Source: Armatimonadota bacterium | Lineage (GTDB): Bacteria; Armatimonadota; SYMT01 | DNA length: 64,000 nt | Assembly (NCBI GenBank): GCA_046292385.1 | Contig: JBKBRF010000016.1 | Coordinates: 32,001 to 96,000 of the forward strand | Reading direction: 5' to 3' | Part shown: positions 26,053-35,992 of the stretch, in pieces | Position numbering within the stretch: position 1 is the stretch's first letter | Layout: the number at the start of each line of letters is the position of its first letter | Program-made: the position numbers and the translations under genes | The notes under the pieces: model-generated | The model's database searches: none | Told to the model about the DNA's origin: nothing | Seen by the model: only the letters and a program-made list of their open reading frames with translations

Positions 26053-27702
26053 CTAACGGGGTGGCGGCAGAGCGAAGACCAACTCGGGGGCCGAGCCGCC
26101 GAAGCCGGAGGCGAGGGTGGGGGTCTGGCCGCCGCGGGTGCGCTGGGGCACGTCGGCGGCCAGCCAGGCGCGGAGCTCTTCCAGGGTGACGAGGCGGTCG
26201 CCGTCCCGGTCGGCGCGGCCTCGCAGCCCTGACTCGAGCGAGCTGGCGAAGGCGCTGCCTTCCGGAAACCGGTAGGTCTTTTGCTCCGCCGTGGTGCCAG
26301 CCAGGAGCGCGAAGCGGCGGCCCGGGTCGACCCCTCCTACCGTGCCGAGGGCGGCGGCGTAGTCGGTGTCTGCGATCAGCACGATCTCCTGCGCGCGGAG
26401 CGCCCCCAGCCACGCCAGCAGGTCGGAGCCGTAGACGAGCGTCTCGACCGGGCGGTCCGGGTCGGCGTCGTGCGGCGCGAAGGCGTAGACCCGGGTCCCC
26501 CCGTCCGAGGGCAGCGACGCGGGAACGGCCGCGCCCGCCAGGTAGACGTAGACGGTGTCCTTTCCGGAGACGGCCCGGGACTGCAGCGCGCGGACCGCCT
26601 GCCGGATGCCGTCTCCGGTCGCCTCGGCGTCGGTCAGCACCAGCACGTGGTCGGCCGGGATGCCGGCCGCCGCGGCGAGAGCACCGACCGCTTCCCGTGC
26701 GTCGTCCGCCGCCCCGGGCGCGTTGAAAGCCAGGCTCTGGTACGCTCCCACGCCGATGGCGAGCAGCCACTTCCGCTCCGGCGGTGCCGGGATGAACCGG
26801 GCCGGGACGCTGCTCTCGGCTTCCGGCGAGCGCCAGAGGGCAGTGGCCGGTCCGGGCTCCACGGCTGGCGACGGCGCGCCGCTTCCCGGCTCCTCCCGCG
26901 GCGAGCTGCCGTACGGTCGATCGGGGGCGAGCTCTCCGGGGCTGTCCTGCGCTGTGCCGGGGAGGCTGCGCGGAGGCGGGCGGTTGCCCGGCGGGGACGC
27001 GGGAGTGAGATGGATCGGGGGCTCCCGCGCGACCTCCGGCGCCGGCTCGCTCCCGGCGCCCAGGCGGGAGATCGCGAGAGCGGCCAGGAGCACCAGGAGC
27101 GTCCCGGCCGCGGCGGCAGCGAGCCGGCCGCTGCCGGTGCGAAAACCGCGCAGGAAACGGGTGTCGATCCGGTAGCTCCGGGTCGGCCGCGGCGGATAGG
27201 CGTAGGCCGGGGTGTCGCCGAGTGCCTCCGGAACGCGGCCGAACCCTTCCACGTGCGAGCCGAGCCGCGCGTAGGCCAGGGCCGTCAGCAGCACCTCGTT
27301 CGGCCGCGCGGCCTGTCGCAGGTAGATCGCCGCGTCGCGAGTCACCGGCGCCGGAAACCCTCCGGAGGTCTCCCGCGGCACCGCCGGCGAGTCGATCCCG
27401 ATCCGGACCTGCAGCGCCTGGGAGACCACGTTCAGCTCCCGGTTGAAGTCACCGATCTCGTCGACGAGCGTCCGCGCTGCGGCGACCGCCTGCCGCGCCG
27501 TGGGGAACCAGGCAACCGCCGCATCGGCGGTCCAGTCGATCTCCTCGCCGCCGTGGCGGACCAGCCGCTCCTCCACCCAGCTTCGGTAGGCGTCGAAGGT
27601 GAGCTGCACGTCGAAGCTGCTGGCGCCGGTACAGGCGGCGCGAGATTGCACCGGCTCTACCGCCAGGACGGTGGTCCCCGTGCAAGTAGACTGCGACTCC
27701 AC
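26053..27702 (-). CDS. Degenerate class III cyclase-like domain + TM helix + caspase (C14)-like domain
   Basis: LQVRIGID, QAARPNEVLLT; TM helix; KWLLAIGVGAY...LTDAEAT...DTVYVYLAG...IVLIAD...SAF...ADRDGDRLVTLEEL...QTP. Confidence 0.75.
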   Translation of the reverse strand: MESQSTCTGTTVLAVEPVQSRAACTGASSFDVQLTFDAYRSWVEERLVRHGGEEIDWTADAAVAWFPTARQAVAAARTLVDEIGDFNRELNVVSQALQVRIGIDSPAVPRETSGGFPAPVTRDAAIYLRQAARPNEVLLTALAYARLGSHVEGFGRVPEALGDTPAYAYPPRPTRSYRIDTRFLRGFRTGSGRLAAAAAGTLLVLLAALAISRLGAGSEPAPEVAREPPIHLTPASPPGNRPPPRSLPGTAQDSPGELAPDRPYGSSPREEPGSGAPSPAVEPGPATALWRSPEAESSVPARFIPAPPERKWLLAIGVGAYQSLAFNAPGAADDAREAVGALAAAAGIPADHVLVLTDAEATGDGIRQAVRALQSRAVSGKDTVYVYLAGAAVPASLPSDGGTRVYAFAPHDADPDRPVETLVYGSDLLAWLGALRAQEIVLIADTDYAAALGTVGGVDPGRRFALLAGTTAEQKTYRFPEGSAFASSLESGLRGRADRDGDRLVTLEELRAWLAADVPQRTRGGQTPTLASGFGGSAPELVFALPPPR

Positions 27703-27704
27703 CG

Positions 27705-28943
27705 TCAGCTCTCCGCCGTCCGCGCCGGGATGGGGAATACGAGCGGCGCCCCCAGCAGCGGCACGAGACAGAGCCCCTGGAGGGTGAGGCCGACCCCGCT
27801 CTGCTCCGCGATCCAGCCGAGCGGCCAGGCGGCGATGTGCGCGAGGCCCCACGCCAGCCCGGTGATCATGCTGGCAGCGATCCCGGCGCTGCGCGGCATC
27901 AGCTCCTGGGCCAGCACCACGTTGCCCGGGTGCGGCAGCATCAGGATAAAGGCGCCTACCGCCAGCAGCGCAATCAGCGCGCCGCCCGGCACCTGGAACG
28001 CCAGCAGCATCGGCCACGGCGCGGCGAGGAACGACCACAGCATGAGCCGCTTGCGCCCGAAGCGGTCTGCCAGCAGCCCGCCCAGCGGTCCCGCCGCCGC
28101 GCTGGCCAGCAGGAATGCGGAGACACTCAAACTCTTGGCGGTGGTCCAGTCTTCTTGCGGGTAGAGGCTCTCCACCAGGAACGGCAGGAAGGTGATGATG
28201 CCGATCTGGACCGCGCTCCGGATCACGACGGTGCCGGTGAGCGCCGCCAGCGCCCGCGGGTTGCCGGGACCGGCGGCCGGGGAGACGGCGCGGGCGACCG
28301 GCCGCCCGTCCCCGTAGCCGCGCGTGTAGAACGAGTAGGCCATCGCCGCGGCGAAGAGGAGCGCCGGCAGCGACGCCAGGTAGAGGCGCTCCGGACCGAA
28401 GGTGGCGACGAAGAACTGTCCCATGATCGGCGCCAGCCCGAAGCCGACGTTGCCGCCGACGGTGAAGGCGCTCATCGCCAGGCTGCTGCCGCGCCCGGCG
28501 GCCCGCGCCAGGGTGGCGCCCTGGGGATGGAACGCGCCGATTCCGATGCCTGCCATGAACATCAGCGCGGCGAGCTCCCAGTAGCTGCGCGCGTGCCCTA
28601 CGAAGCCGATGAAGAGCGCGGCGACCACCGGCCCGAGTGCAACCATGCAAACGCGCGGCAGGCGGTCCGAAACCCAACCGAAGAGCGGCTGCGCCAGCGA
28701 GGCGGTAAGCCCCATCATCAGCGGCAGCGCGCCGATGTCGGCCTTGGTGAGCGAGAGCCGCCGCTCGATGTCCGGGAGCATCGGCGAGAGCAGGCTCTGG
28801 CCGTACATGTCGGTGACGGCGTGTCCCACCGCCAGCAGGCTCAGCCGGCCGCGGTCGACCGTGGCGGCGGTCTTGCCGTCCTGAAGCTGGGGCAGCGTCG
28901 GGGATTGGGAAACCGGCGCCTGTTCCGTGCTGAGCTGCTGCAT
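27705..28943 (-). CDS. MFS transporter (Fsr-like)
   Basis: GHAVTDMY, QPLFGWVSDR, GAFHPQG, GGLLADRFGRK. Confidence 0.9.
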   Translation of the reverse strand: MQQLSTEQAPVSQSPTLPQLQDGKTAATVDRGRLSLLAVGHAVTDMYGQSLLSPMLPDIERRLSLTKADIGALPLMMGLTASLAQPLFGWVSDRLPRVCMVALGPVVAALFIGFVGHARSYWELAALMFMAGIGIGAFHPQGATLARAAGRGSSLAMSAFTVGGNVGFGLAPIMGQFFVATFGPERLYLASLPALLFAAAMAYSFYTRGYGDGRPVARAVSPAAGPGNPRALAALTGTVVIRSAVQIGIITFLPFLVESLYPQEDWTTAKSLSVSAFLLASAAAGPLGGLLADRFGRKRLMLWSFLAAPWPMLLAFQVPGGALIALLAVGAFILMLPHPGNVVLAQELMPRSAGIAASMITGLAWGLAHIAAWPLGWIAEQSGVGLTLQGLCLVPLLGAPLVFPIPARTAES

Positions 28944-29092
28944 GTCGAGGAGGGGTTCGCCCCAGAAATGAAAGACGACGGACGGGACCCCGTCCGTCGC
29001 CTCTGTCTAGTCTACCGTCTGCCCGTGCTGCTCGCCGCTCTGTCGCTGACCCGACCGGCGGGTTCCGCTTCCGAGCGGCGCCGGTACGCCAC

Positions 29093-31108
29093 TCAATTCT
29101 TCGGGGCCAGCCACTCCTCCAGCGCCCCGGCCTCCGCCGGGCCGTTCGAGAGCTCCAGCGCGCGGCTGCCTTCCAGCGCGTAGACCTCTCGCACCCAGGC
29201 GGTGGAGGGCGTCTCTCCCGCGTTGAAGAGGTAGAGCGGCTGCGGCGCGCTGAGCGCGAGGTAGGAGCGCATTCCGCCGTACCGCAGCGCCGCGGGCAGC
29301 GCCATCGGGTGGTTGACCGGCATGTCGGTGGTCCACTCGAACCCGGCGGTGTCGGCGGCGGTACGGCGGATCTTGCCGGCGAACGGCCGCGCCAGGAGCA
29401 CCAGCGGGCCCGCCTCGCCTACGCCGAGCAGGTTGACGCGGTCAATGCCACCGGCCAGCTCTTTCGCCTGCGCCTGCGCGTAGGCGACGCCGTTCAGCAC
29501 GTCCTGCACCCGCTGGGCCAGCACCGGCTTGTTGTAGGTGGTGTAGTACTGCGAAGACTGTCGCTGCCGCGCGGCCTCGGGCTGGCCGCCCAGGAAGGTA
29601 TCGAGCAGCAGGACGGCCTGTCCCCGCCCGATCAGCCCGGAGATCAGCGGCTTCAAGGTCGCGTCCTCCCGCGCCGCCTTCCAGCCGCCCGGGTGGACCA
29701 CCACCGTCACCGCCTTCAGCTTCTGCTCCACCGGCGCCAGCCAGAGCGCTTCCCGCACGCCGGACTCCCCCTCCCGTCCCAGGGTCATCACCACCCCGGA
29801 AGCGCCGCTGGGCGGCGACTGCGCCGGTCCCAGGTGGCTTGCCTTCACCGCGCCGGGCGCCGGCAGCTCGCACTGGAGAGCGGTGCGGAGGCCGGTCTCC
29901 AGCACTTCGCGGGAGCCGCGCCACTGCTCGCGCGAGCGCGGCGCCAGCGCCTGGACCTGCTCGTCGACCACGCCCCGCAAGAACCCCTTCAGCCGCGCCG
30001 GGTTCAGGGCGCGGTCCGGACGCGGGTGCTCCGCGCTCCAGGTGGAGATCGCCGTCTCCAGCTCCGGCACGAAGGTCGCCTCCTTCACCGGCTCCGGCTG
30101 CTTCTCGCCCCACAGGTGCTTGCGGAAGAAGGTGTAGACCGATTCGCGGCTCGCCTGGTTGTAGTTGTGGTCGGCCTTGTGCACTACCGCGTCGAGCCGG
30201 TCCTCCGCGCCGAAGAGCCGGTAGACCGCGCGGATCTCCGGCTCGCCCTTTTCCATGATCTGGCTGGTCCAGTCGCCCGTCGCGCCGATCAGGATCTGCG
30301 GCCGGGGCGCCACCATGGCGGCGAACTCCACGTTGTCGGTCCCGATCCGCAGCAGCGGCGCGTTCTCGCAGGAGCAGCCGCCCTGGAAGTGGTGCGAGAC
30401 CATGCAGACCGGTGCCGCCACGCGCACCCGTTCGTCCACCGCGGAGAGCAGAAAGGTCTGCGTGCCGCCGCCGCTCTCGCCGGTGCAGGCGACGCGGGCC
30501 GGATCGACCTCCGGCAGTGAGAGGAGCCAGTCGAGCGCGCGAATGCTGTTCCAGAGCTGCAGCCCCGGCAGGTTCATTCCGATGGCCGCCAGCTCCGGGT
30601 CCATGAAGGCGTGTCCGAACGCCGCCGAGTCGCCGTAGCCGACCATGTCGTACTGGAAGGCGATCGCGCCCATTCGCGCCTGTCCCGCGCAGCGGGCCTG
30701 CACGTCGGCATTGAAGCGGCCCTCGCCCCAGTGGCCGTGCGGGTTGAGGATGCCGGGCACCTTTCCGGTCACCGCGGCGGGCCGGTAGAGATTACCGGAT
30801 AGGAAGAAGCCGGGCAGCGTCTCCAGCACGACTTTCTCGACCGTGTAGCCTTCCCGCTCGATCTTGCCGTAAACGCGGGCGTTCAGCGGCGTCTTTGGCG
30901 GCAGCGGGTAGAGACCGCAGGAGACCAGGATCTGCTCCCGCAGCTCCTGACGCCGGGCGAGCCACTCTTTGCGGGTGGCAGGCGGCTTGAAGTCGCTCCC
31001 CTGCTGGTTCGTCCGCACCGGGCTCCCCGTGGATGGTGTTTGGAACGCCGCCGCACCCAAGGGGACCCCCGCGGCCAGAACTACAGAAAGAATTGCCAGC
31101 AAACGCAT
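29093..31108 (-). CDS. Secreted alpha/beta hydrolase (acetylxylan esterase-like)
   Basis: Signal peptide, GNLYRP, PHGHW, TGESGGGTQT, HNYN. Confidence 0.85.
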   Translation of the reverse strand: MRLLAILSVVLAAGVPLGAAAFQTPSTGSPVRTNQQGSDFKPPATRKEWLARRQELREQILVSCGLYPLPPKTPLNARVYGKIEREGYTVEKVVLETLPGFFLSGNLYRPAAVTGKVPGILNPHGHWGEGRFNADVQARCAGQARMGAIAFQYDMVGYGDSAAFGHAFMDPELAAIGMNLPGLQLWNSIRALDWLLSLPEVDPARVACTGESGGGTQTFLLSAVDERVRVAAPVCMVSHHFQGGCSCENAPLLRIGTDNVEFAAMVAPRPQILIGATGDWTSQIMEKGEPEIRAVYRLFGAEDRLDAVVHKADHNYNQASRESVYTFFRKHLWGEKQPEPVKEATFVPELETAISTWSAEHPRPDRALNPARLKGFLRGVVDEQVQALAPRSREQWRGSREVLETGLRTALQCELPAPGAVKASHLGPAQSPPSGASGVVMTLGREGESGVREALWLAPVEQKLKAVTVVVHPGGWKAAREDATLKPLISGLIGRGQAVLLLDTFLGGQPEAARQRQSSQYYTTYNKPVLAQRVQDVLNGVAYAQAQAKELAGGIDRVNLLGVGEAGPLVLLARPFAGKIRRTAADTAGFEWTTDMPVNHPMALPAALRYGGMRSYLALSAPQPLYLFNAGETPSTAWVREVYALEGSRALELSNGPAEAGALEEWLAPKN

Positions 31109-31240
31109 GCCGTACCTCGCTACACTGTCTCTTGCACGCTCCAGCAGTTGGGTAGTGCAGCCGCGCGATTCCTCTCTTCCGAGGCCGCTTTAGCCGCGGT
31201 CATGGGAATGGTAGCAGTATCTTGGGAAGATCCTGAACCA

Positions 31241-31510
31241 GGCCGTTCGGAGGCGGAGCCGGAGGACGGCACTTGTGAACCCTCCTGGGCGCAGGGGGGT
31301 TCGCTCGAAGGGCCGGGAGGCAGCCCGTGAACCCCGCCTGTGTCGTGGTAGGTCGGACTGGCGCGGGCAGAGCCGAACGGCGTGCGCTCCCGGAGCGGCC
31401 TGCTAGCGCCGGAGGCGCGTGAAAAGGCTGCGGAGGGCCTCCGTCGCGGGAGGGCTGCCTCCCGGCACAAGGGCGCGGGGTCGGACCCACGGGACGATGC
31501 TCCCGTGCCG
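31241..31510 (+). repeat. Structured dispersed element, copy C
   Basis: ACTTGTGAAC hairpin, CCGGGAGGCAGCCC/GGGCTGCCTCCCGG stem, GCTA..GTGAAA; similar to 5174-5438. Confidence 0.8.
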
Positions 31511-31531
31511 AGAGCGGAGTAAACGGAACAG

Positions 31532-32266
31532 ATGGAGATTCGTGGAAGAACCGCCCTGGTCACCGGCGGCGCCGTGCGGGTAGGGAAGGCGATTGCGCTG
31601 GAGCTGGCGCGCCGTGGGATGCACGTGGGGATCACCTACCGCAGCTCCGCGGCGGAAGCGGAGAGCACCGTCGAAGAGCTGCGCGCGCTGGGCGTTCAGG
31701 CGCATGCGGAGCGGTGCGAGCTCCGCAGCCCGGAAGAGATCGAGCGCGCGGTCCGCGGGATCGAGGCCGCGCTGGGACCGGTCGACGTGCTGGTGAACAG
31801 CGCCTCCATGTTCGAGCGGACTCCCCTCGCGGAGGCGTCGCTCGACGATTGGGACGCGCACCTGGAGACGAACCTCCGCGCCCCGTGGCTGCTCGCCAGG
31901 GCGGTCGGCCCCGGCATGGCGGCCCGCGGGGAGGGGGTGATCGTGAATATTCTCGACGTGGCGGCGGAGCGGCCGTTCAAAGACTACACCCCCTACTCCG
32001 CCAGCAAAGCCGGCCTCGCGTCGGTCACCATGGGCCTGGCGCGGGACCTGGCGCCGCACGTGCGAGTGAATGCCGTCGCCCCGGGGGCGGTGCTCTGGGG
32101 CAAGCACGCGAACGAAGAGTACCGCCGCTCCGTCCTCGCCAAGACGCCGCTCGGGCGCGTCGGCAGCGCGGAGGACGTGGCGCGCGCCGTCGCGTTCCTG
32201 GCGGAAAGCGGCGACTTCATGACCGGCAGCACCATCACCGTCGACGGAGGCCGCCGGCTCGTCTAA
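31532..32266 (+). CDS. SDR oxidoreductase, pteridine reductase/FolM-like
   Basis: TGGAVRVG, NSAS, YSASK, VNAVAPG, VDGGR. Confidence 0.85.
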   Translation: MEIRGRTALVTGGAVRVGKAIALELARRGMHVGITYRSSAAEAESTVEELRALGVQAHAERCELRSPEEIERAVRGIEAALGPVDVLVNSASMFERTPLAEASLDDWDAHLETNLRAPWLLARAVGPGMAARGEGVIVNILDVAAERPFKDYTPYSASKAGLASVTMGLARDLAPHVRVNAVAPGAVLWGKHANEEYRRSVLAKTPLGRVGSAEDVARAVAFLAESGDFMTGSTITVDGGRRLV

Positions 32267-32270
32267 CGGA

Positions 32271-32412
32271 CAGGTTAGCAGGTTGTCAGGTTGCAGGTTG
32301 GCAAGTTGCAGGTTGGCACACTGCAGGCAGGCGAAACAGCCGGCCGCCCTCGGGAGCGGGGGTTCCCAACCTGGAACCTGGAACCTGCCAACCTGCTAAC
32401 CTGGAAACCTGT
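32271..32412. repeat. Inverted arms of CAGGTTG/CAACCTG units, no gene inside
   Basis: CAGGTTAGCAGGTTGTCAGGTTGCAGGTTGGCAAGTTG... and ...CAACCTGGAACCTGGAACCTGCCAACCTGCTAACCTG. Confidence 0.8.
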
Positions 32413-32429
32413 AACGAGTTGCGAGACCT

Positions 32430-33023
32430 ATGCGCTCCCGACGCAGCATCGAGATCATCCCGCCGCAGCTTCTGGTGGAGGCCTACTCCCGCGGTTATTT
32501 CCCAATGGCCGACTCGGAGACGGGGAAGCTCGGCTGGTACACCGCCGATCCCCGGGCTACGCTGCCGCTCGACCCGTTCCACGTCCCGCGGCGGCTCCAG
32601 CGGGCGATCAAGTCCGCGCCGTTTACTTGCACCCGGGACACCTGCTTCGAGCGGGTGATGCGCGCCTGCGCCGACCGCGAGGACACCTGGATCAACGAGG
32701 CGCTGGTGCAGAGTTACACACGGCTCCACGAGCTCGGCTTCGCGCACAGCGTGGAGACGTGGGAGAACGGTGAGTTGGTGGGAGGCCTCTACGGCGTCGC
32801 TCTTGGCGGCGCCTTCTTCGGCGAGTCGATGTTCAACCGCGTCTCCGACGCCTCGAAGGCCGCCCTGGTTCATCTCGCCGGCCACCTGCAGGAGCGCGGC
32901 TTCCGCCTGCTCGAGATCCAGATGGTGACCCCCCTCACCGCCCAGTTCCGGCCGAAGCTCGTCTCCCGGCGGGAGTACCTCCCGCTCCTGTCGGAGGCGA
33001 TCGCCGCGGAAGCCCACTGGTAA
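32430..33023 (+). CDS. aat: Leucyl/phenylalanyl-tRNA-protein transferase
   Basis: AYSRGYFPM, TWI, AHSVETW, LVGGLYG, FFGESMF, DASKAAL. Confidence 0.95.
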   Translation: MRSRRSIEIIPPQLLVEAYSRGYFPMADSETGKLGWYTADPRATLPLDPFHVPRRLQRAIKSAPFTCTRDTCFERVMRACADREDTWINEALVQSYTRLHELGFAHSVETWENGELVGGLYGVALGGAFFGESMFNRVSDASKAALVHLAGHLQERGFRLLEIQMVTPLTAQFRPKLVSRREYLPLLSEAIAAEAHW

Positions 33024-33064
33024 GGCGCGTCCTAACCCGCACGCGGGGTCCGAGCCAGACGTGA

Positions 33065-33192
33065 TCCGAACGGACGCGAAGGTACGCGAATGACGCGAAG
33101 AGGCGCCGGAAGGGGACACCTGTAGGCCGGCTCCCAGGCCCGACTGGAAATTCGCGTCCTTCCCACCCTTCGCGCCTTCGCGTCCGTTCGGA
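33065..33192. mobile_element. Gene-less (MITE-like) copy of the CGCGAAG inverted-arm element that flanks the GxxExxY gene
   Basis: 18-bp perfect IR TCCGAACGGACGCGAAGG / CCTTCGCGTCCGTTCGGA; arm layout matches 49205-49263 / 49758-49814. Confidence 0.65.
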
Positions 33193-33213
33193 GTCGCTTT
33201 CGCGTGGGTACCC

Positions 33214-33618
33214 CTAGCGGCTCGCGCGGGTGACGTCCTCCTCACCGCGGAAGAGGAAACGGCTGACGAAGCCGCGGTTGCGGGCGACGAGCCAGTAGAC
33301 CGCCTCGACCACCCAGATAAACGGCGGCCAGCAGAGCAGCGCCGCCAGCGGCCCCCACCCCACGTGCTGCAGCAGGTAAAGGCTGGCGCGGCCCGCCCGG
33401 AGCAGGCGCCCCTCCGGGGTGATGACGTGGACCGCCCGCTCGCAGGCGCGCTCCAACTCCGGCGTCATCGGCGGTGAAGGCGCCGACTGGTACGGCAGCG
33501 TGTGAAACTGTTGAGCACGATCGCGGCGCTCCAGCCACTGGACGGTGCGCCGGCAGAAGCCGCACTCCCCGTCCCAGAGCACCCAGGTTTTCCCGTCCGG
33601 CGGCGGGGCCAGCCTCAT
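33214..33618 (-). CDS. DCC1-like thiol-disulfide oxidoreductase (DUF393)
   Basis: WDGECGFC motif, YWLVARNR. Confidence 0.85.
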   Translation of the reverse strand: MRLAPPPDGKTWVLWDGECGFCRRTVQWLERRDRAQQFHTLPYQSAPSPPMTPELERACERAVHVITPEGRLLRAGRASLYLLQHVGWGPLAALLCWPPFIWVVEAVYWLVARNRGFVSRFLFRGEEDVTRASR

Positions 33619-33771
33619 CGCGTCACGCTCCCCGGGCCGCACCCACGCCGGCCCGCTACTCTAGCCTATCGCGGCCAGCGGGCCATTCCGCGCCCGGGCT
33701 CCCCGGCATGCAGAAAGCCCGTCCGAACCGAAGTCCGGGCGGGCTCTCGAATGGTTTCGGCGCGGGTCGAG

Positions 33772-34392
33772 TTAGCTGCGGTCTTTGCTGCCGAAGACGG
33801 CGAGGCACGACTCCAGCGTGGTCCGGATCCGGTCCGCAACGGACATTCTCTGCGGTGCCGCCGGCTCCTCCACCGTGACCTCCTCGGCTTCCGGCGCGTT
33901 CGAGTCGACGATGAAAAGCGCCACCTCGCCGGGGCGGACCCACCCGCGCCGGCGCGCTTCCTGCTCCACGCCCGCCCGCGTCTTCAGGTAGGCGATGTCG
34001 TCCGTCAGGCCCGCGTTCGCACTCCGCTCCTGCGCAAGTACCGTCCGCAAACCCTGCACTTCCACGCCGGTGCGGTAGGTCACCATCAGCGGCTCGGCAG
34101 CCACCCGGGCCACACTCGCCAGCAGCGCCAGCGCCACCGTCGTCGTCACGATGCCGCTCGCCACCTTCAGGACGCCGGGCCGTACTTGCTCAGCCGGGCG
34201 GGGGGCAGCCTTGCGGCGAGGGCGCTCCGGACGACGGAGCGGGCGGACCAACGGAGCATCCAGCGCCACCGGACGAGCCGCCTGCTCCGGGGCAGGCGTG
34301 CGTCCGGTGGTGCTCCGGCGGGGAGCACGTGGGGCGGAGGTTCCGGGACGGGAAGCGACGAGAACGGGCTCGAGTTCAGCCAGGCGGCTCAT
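33772..34392 (-). CDS. Septum formation initiator family protein (DivIC/FtsB/FtsL-like)
   Basis: TM helix + coiled coil + GVEQEARRRGWVRPGE. Confidence 0.75.
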   Translation of the reverse strand: MSRLAELEPVLVASRPGTSAPRAPRRSTTGRTPAPEQAARPVALDAPLVRPLRRPERPRRKAAPRPAEQVRPGVLKVASGIVTTTVALALLASVARVAAEPLMVTYRTGVEVQGLRTVLAQERSANAGLTDDIAYLKTRAGVEQEARRRGWVRPGEVALFIVDSNAPEAEEVTVEEPAAPQRMSVADRIRTTLESCLAVFGSKDRS

Positions 34393-34576
34393 GGCGGTAC
34401 TCTCGGGGGGCGGCGGCGAGAATCGCGAACCGGGATGTCGAAGTTTTCCGACGGTTACTTATATCATCGGACGCTTCTACTTCAGCTCGACAGGAGATTT
34501 TTCGGCCGGATTCTGTGCAGGTTCAGCGAACGAAAGTAGGACAGGTGCACGAAGGCACATAGTTCTACGGAATCGT

Positions 34577-35992
34577 TCAAACTTTCTGCACCTTGATCAG
34601 GTTCGTGTGCCCCGGAGTTCCCACCGGCGCGCCGAGCGCCAGCACTACCGTATCCCCGCTCTGTACCCACCCCGCCTTGAGGGCTCCCTGGACGGTGGCG
34701 GCGAGCCGCTCGTCCGTGCTGGTGGTGCGTGGAACCAGCAGCGGACGCACGCCCCAGATGAGCGGCAGGCGCCGGTAGGTCTCCAGCTCGGAGGTCGCCG
34801 CGACGATCGGCATGCGGGGCCGCAGCCGGGAGAGCATGCGGGCCGTGTAGCCGGAGGTGGTGGAGCAGAGGATCGCGGAGACCTCCAGGTCCTCGGCGAT
34901 TTCCGCCACACCCTGGCTGATCGCGTCGGTGATGCTGGTCGCCTTGGAGAGGACCGCCTGGTGCATCCACGCGCGGTAGTCGAGCTGACTTTCGGTGTAG
35001 CGCGCAATCGACGCCATGGTGGAGACCGCCTGCACCGGGTAGTCCCCCATCGCCGTCTCGCCCGAGAGCATCACCGCGCTGGTGCCGTCGACGATGGCGT
35101 TCGCCACGTCGGAGACCTCCGCGCGGGTGGGACGCGGACTCTTAGTCATCGACTCGAGCATCTGCGTGGCGGTGATCACCGGCTTGCCGCACTGGTACGT
35201 GCGGCGGATCAGCTCCTTCTGGATCATCGGGACCTGGAAGAGCGGCATCTCGACCCCCAGGTCGCCGCGCGCCACCATGATCCCGTCTGCCGCGTGGACG
35301 ATCTCATCGAATGCCTCCACCGCCTCCGGCTTCTCCACCTTGGCGATGATCCGCGCGGGCGCCCCCGCCCTTTCGATGGCGGCGCGGACCGGCTCGAGGT
35401 CCTCCGCGCGCCGGACGAATGAGACGGCGACCCAGTCGACCCCCAGCTGCAGGCCGAAGTCGAGGTCGCGGAAGTCCTTCTCCGTGAGCGCCGGGATCTC
35501 GAACGGCACCGCGGGCGCCGCAATCCCCTTGCGGGAGCGGAGCAGGCCTCCCTGGCGCACCACGCAGAAGACCTCGTCCCCGCGGCGCTCCGTCACCTGC
35601 ATCTCGATCTGGCCGTCGTCCAGGAAGACCTGGTGCGACGGCTGGAGCGCCGCGACCAGCTCCGGGATCGGCAGCGGGATCCGCGTGGGCGCTTCCGGCG
35701 AGTACCGCTCCGGCGAGAAGCTGACCGTGTGGTCCGGAAACAGCTCCATCCCCTCCGGCGGCAGCTCGCCGATCCGCAGCTTGGGGCCGGAGAGATCCTG
35801 GAGGATGGAGAGCGGTCGCCCGATCTGCTCCTCCACGGAGCGCACCGCCCGGAACCGCTCCGCGTGCCAGGGGTGGACCCCATGAGAGAAGTTCAGCCGG
35901 ACGACGTCGAGCCCCGCCAGGGCCATGTCTCGGATCACTTCCGCGCGCTCGGACGCGGGTCCCAGGGTAGCAACGATCTTGGTGCGCTTCAT
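34577..35992 (-). CDS. pyk: Pyruvate kinase
   Basis: RTKIVATLGP, RLNFSHG, DLSGPK, IAKVEK, MVARGDLG, TATQMLESM, MLSGETA. Confidence 0.97.
   Translation of the reverse strand: MKRTKIVATLGPASERAEVIRDMALAGLDVVRLNFSHGVHPWHAERFRAVRSVEEQIGRPLSILQDLSGPKLRIGELPPEGMELFPDHTVSFSPERYSPEAPTRIPLPIPELVAALQPSHQVFLDDGQIEMQVTERRGDEVFCVVRQGGLLRSRKGIAAPAVPFEIPALTEKDFRDLDFGLQLGVDWVAVSFVRRAEDLEPVRAAIERAGAPARIIAKVEKPEAVEAFDEIVHAADGIMVARGDLGVEMPLFQVPMIQKELIRRTYQCGKPVITATQMLESMTKSPRPTRAEVSDVANAIVDGTSAVMLSGETAMGDYPVQAVSTMASIARYTESQLDYRAWMHQAVLSKATSITDAISQGVAEIAEDLEVSAILCSTTSGYTARMLSRLRPRMPIVAATSELETYRRLPLIWGVRPLLVPRTTSTDERLAATVQGALKAGWVQSGDTVVLALGAPVGTPGHTNLIKVQKV

Noticed and set aside
31394..31432. Hammerhead ribozyme, RNase P or group II intron identity for the structured element
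   Set aside because: GAAA follows a hairpin, but the upstream strand is CUGCUA rather than CUGANGA. No RNase P GAGGAAAGUCC motif and no group II domain V are visible.
31241..31531. Riboswitch upstream of the pteridine reductase-like gene
   Set aside because: The other three copies of the same element are not in 5' leaders.
32271..32412. CRISPR array
   Set aside because: Units are 7-8 nt tandem repeats with no unique spacers, and there are no cas genes in the window.
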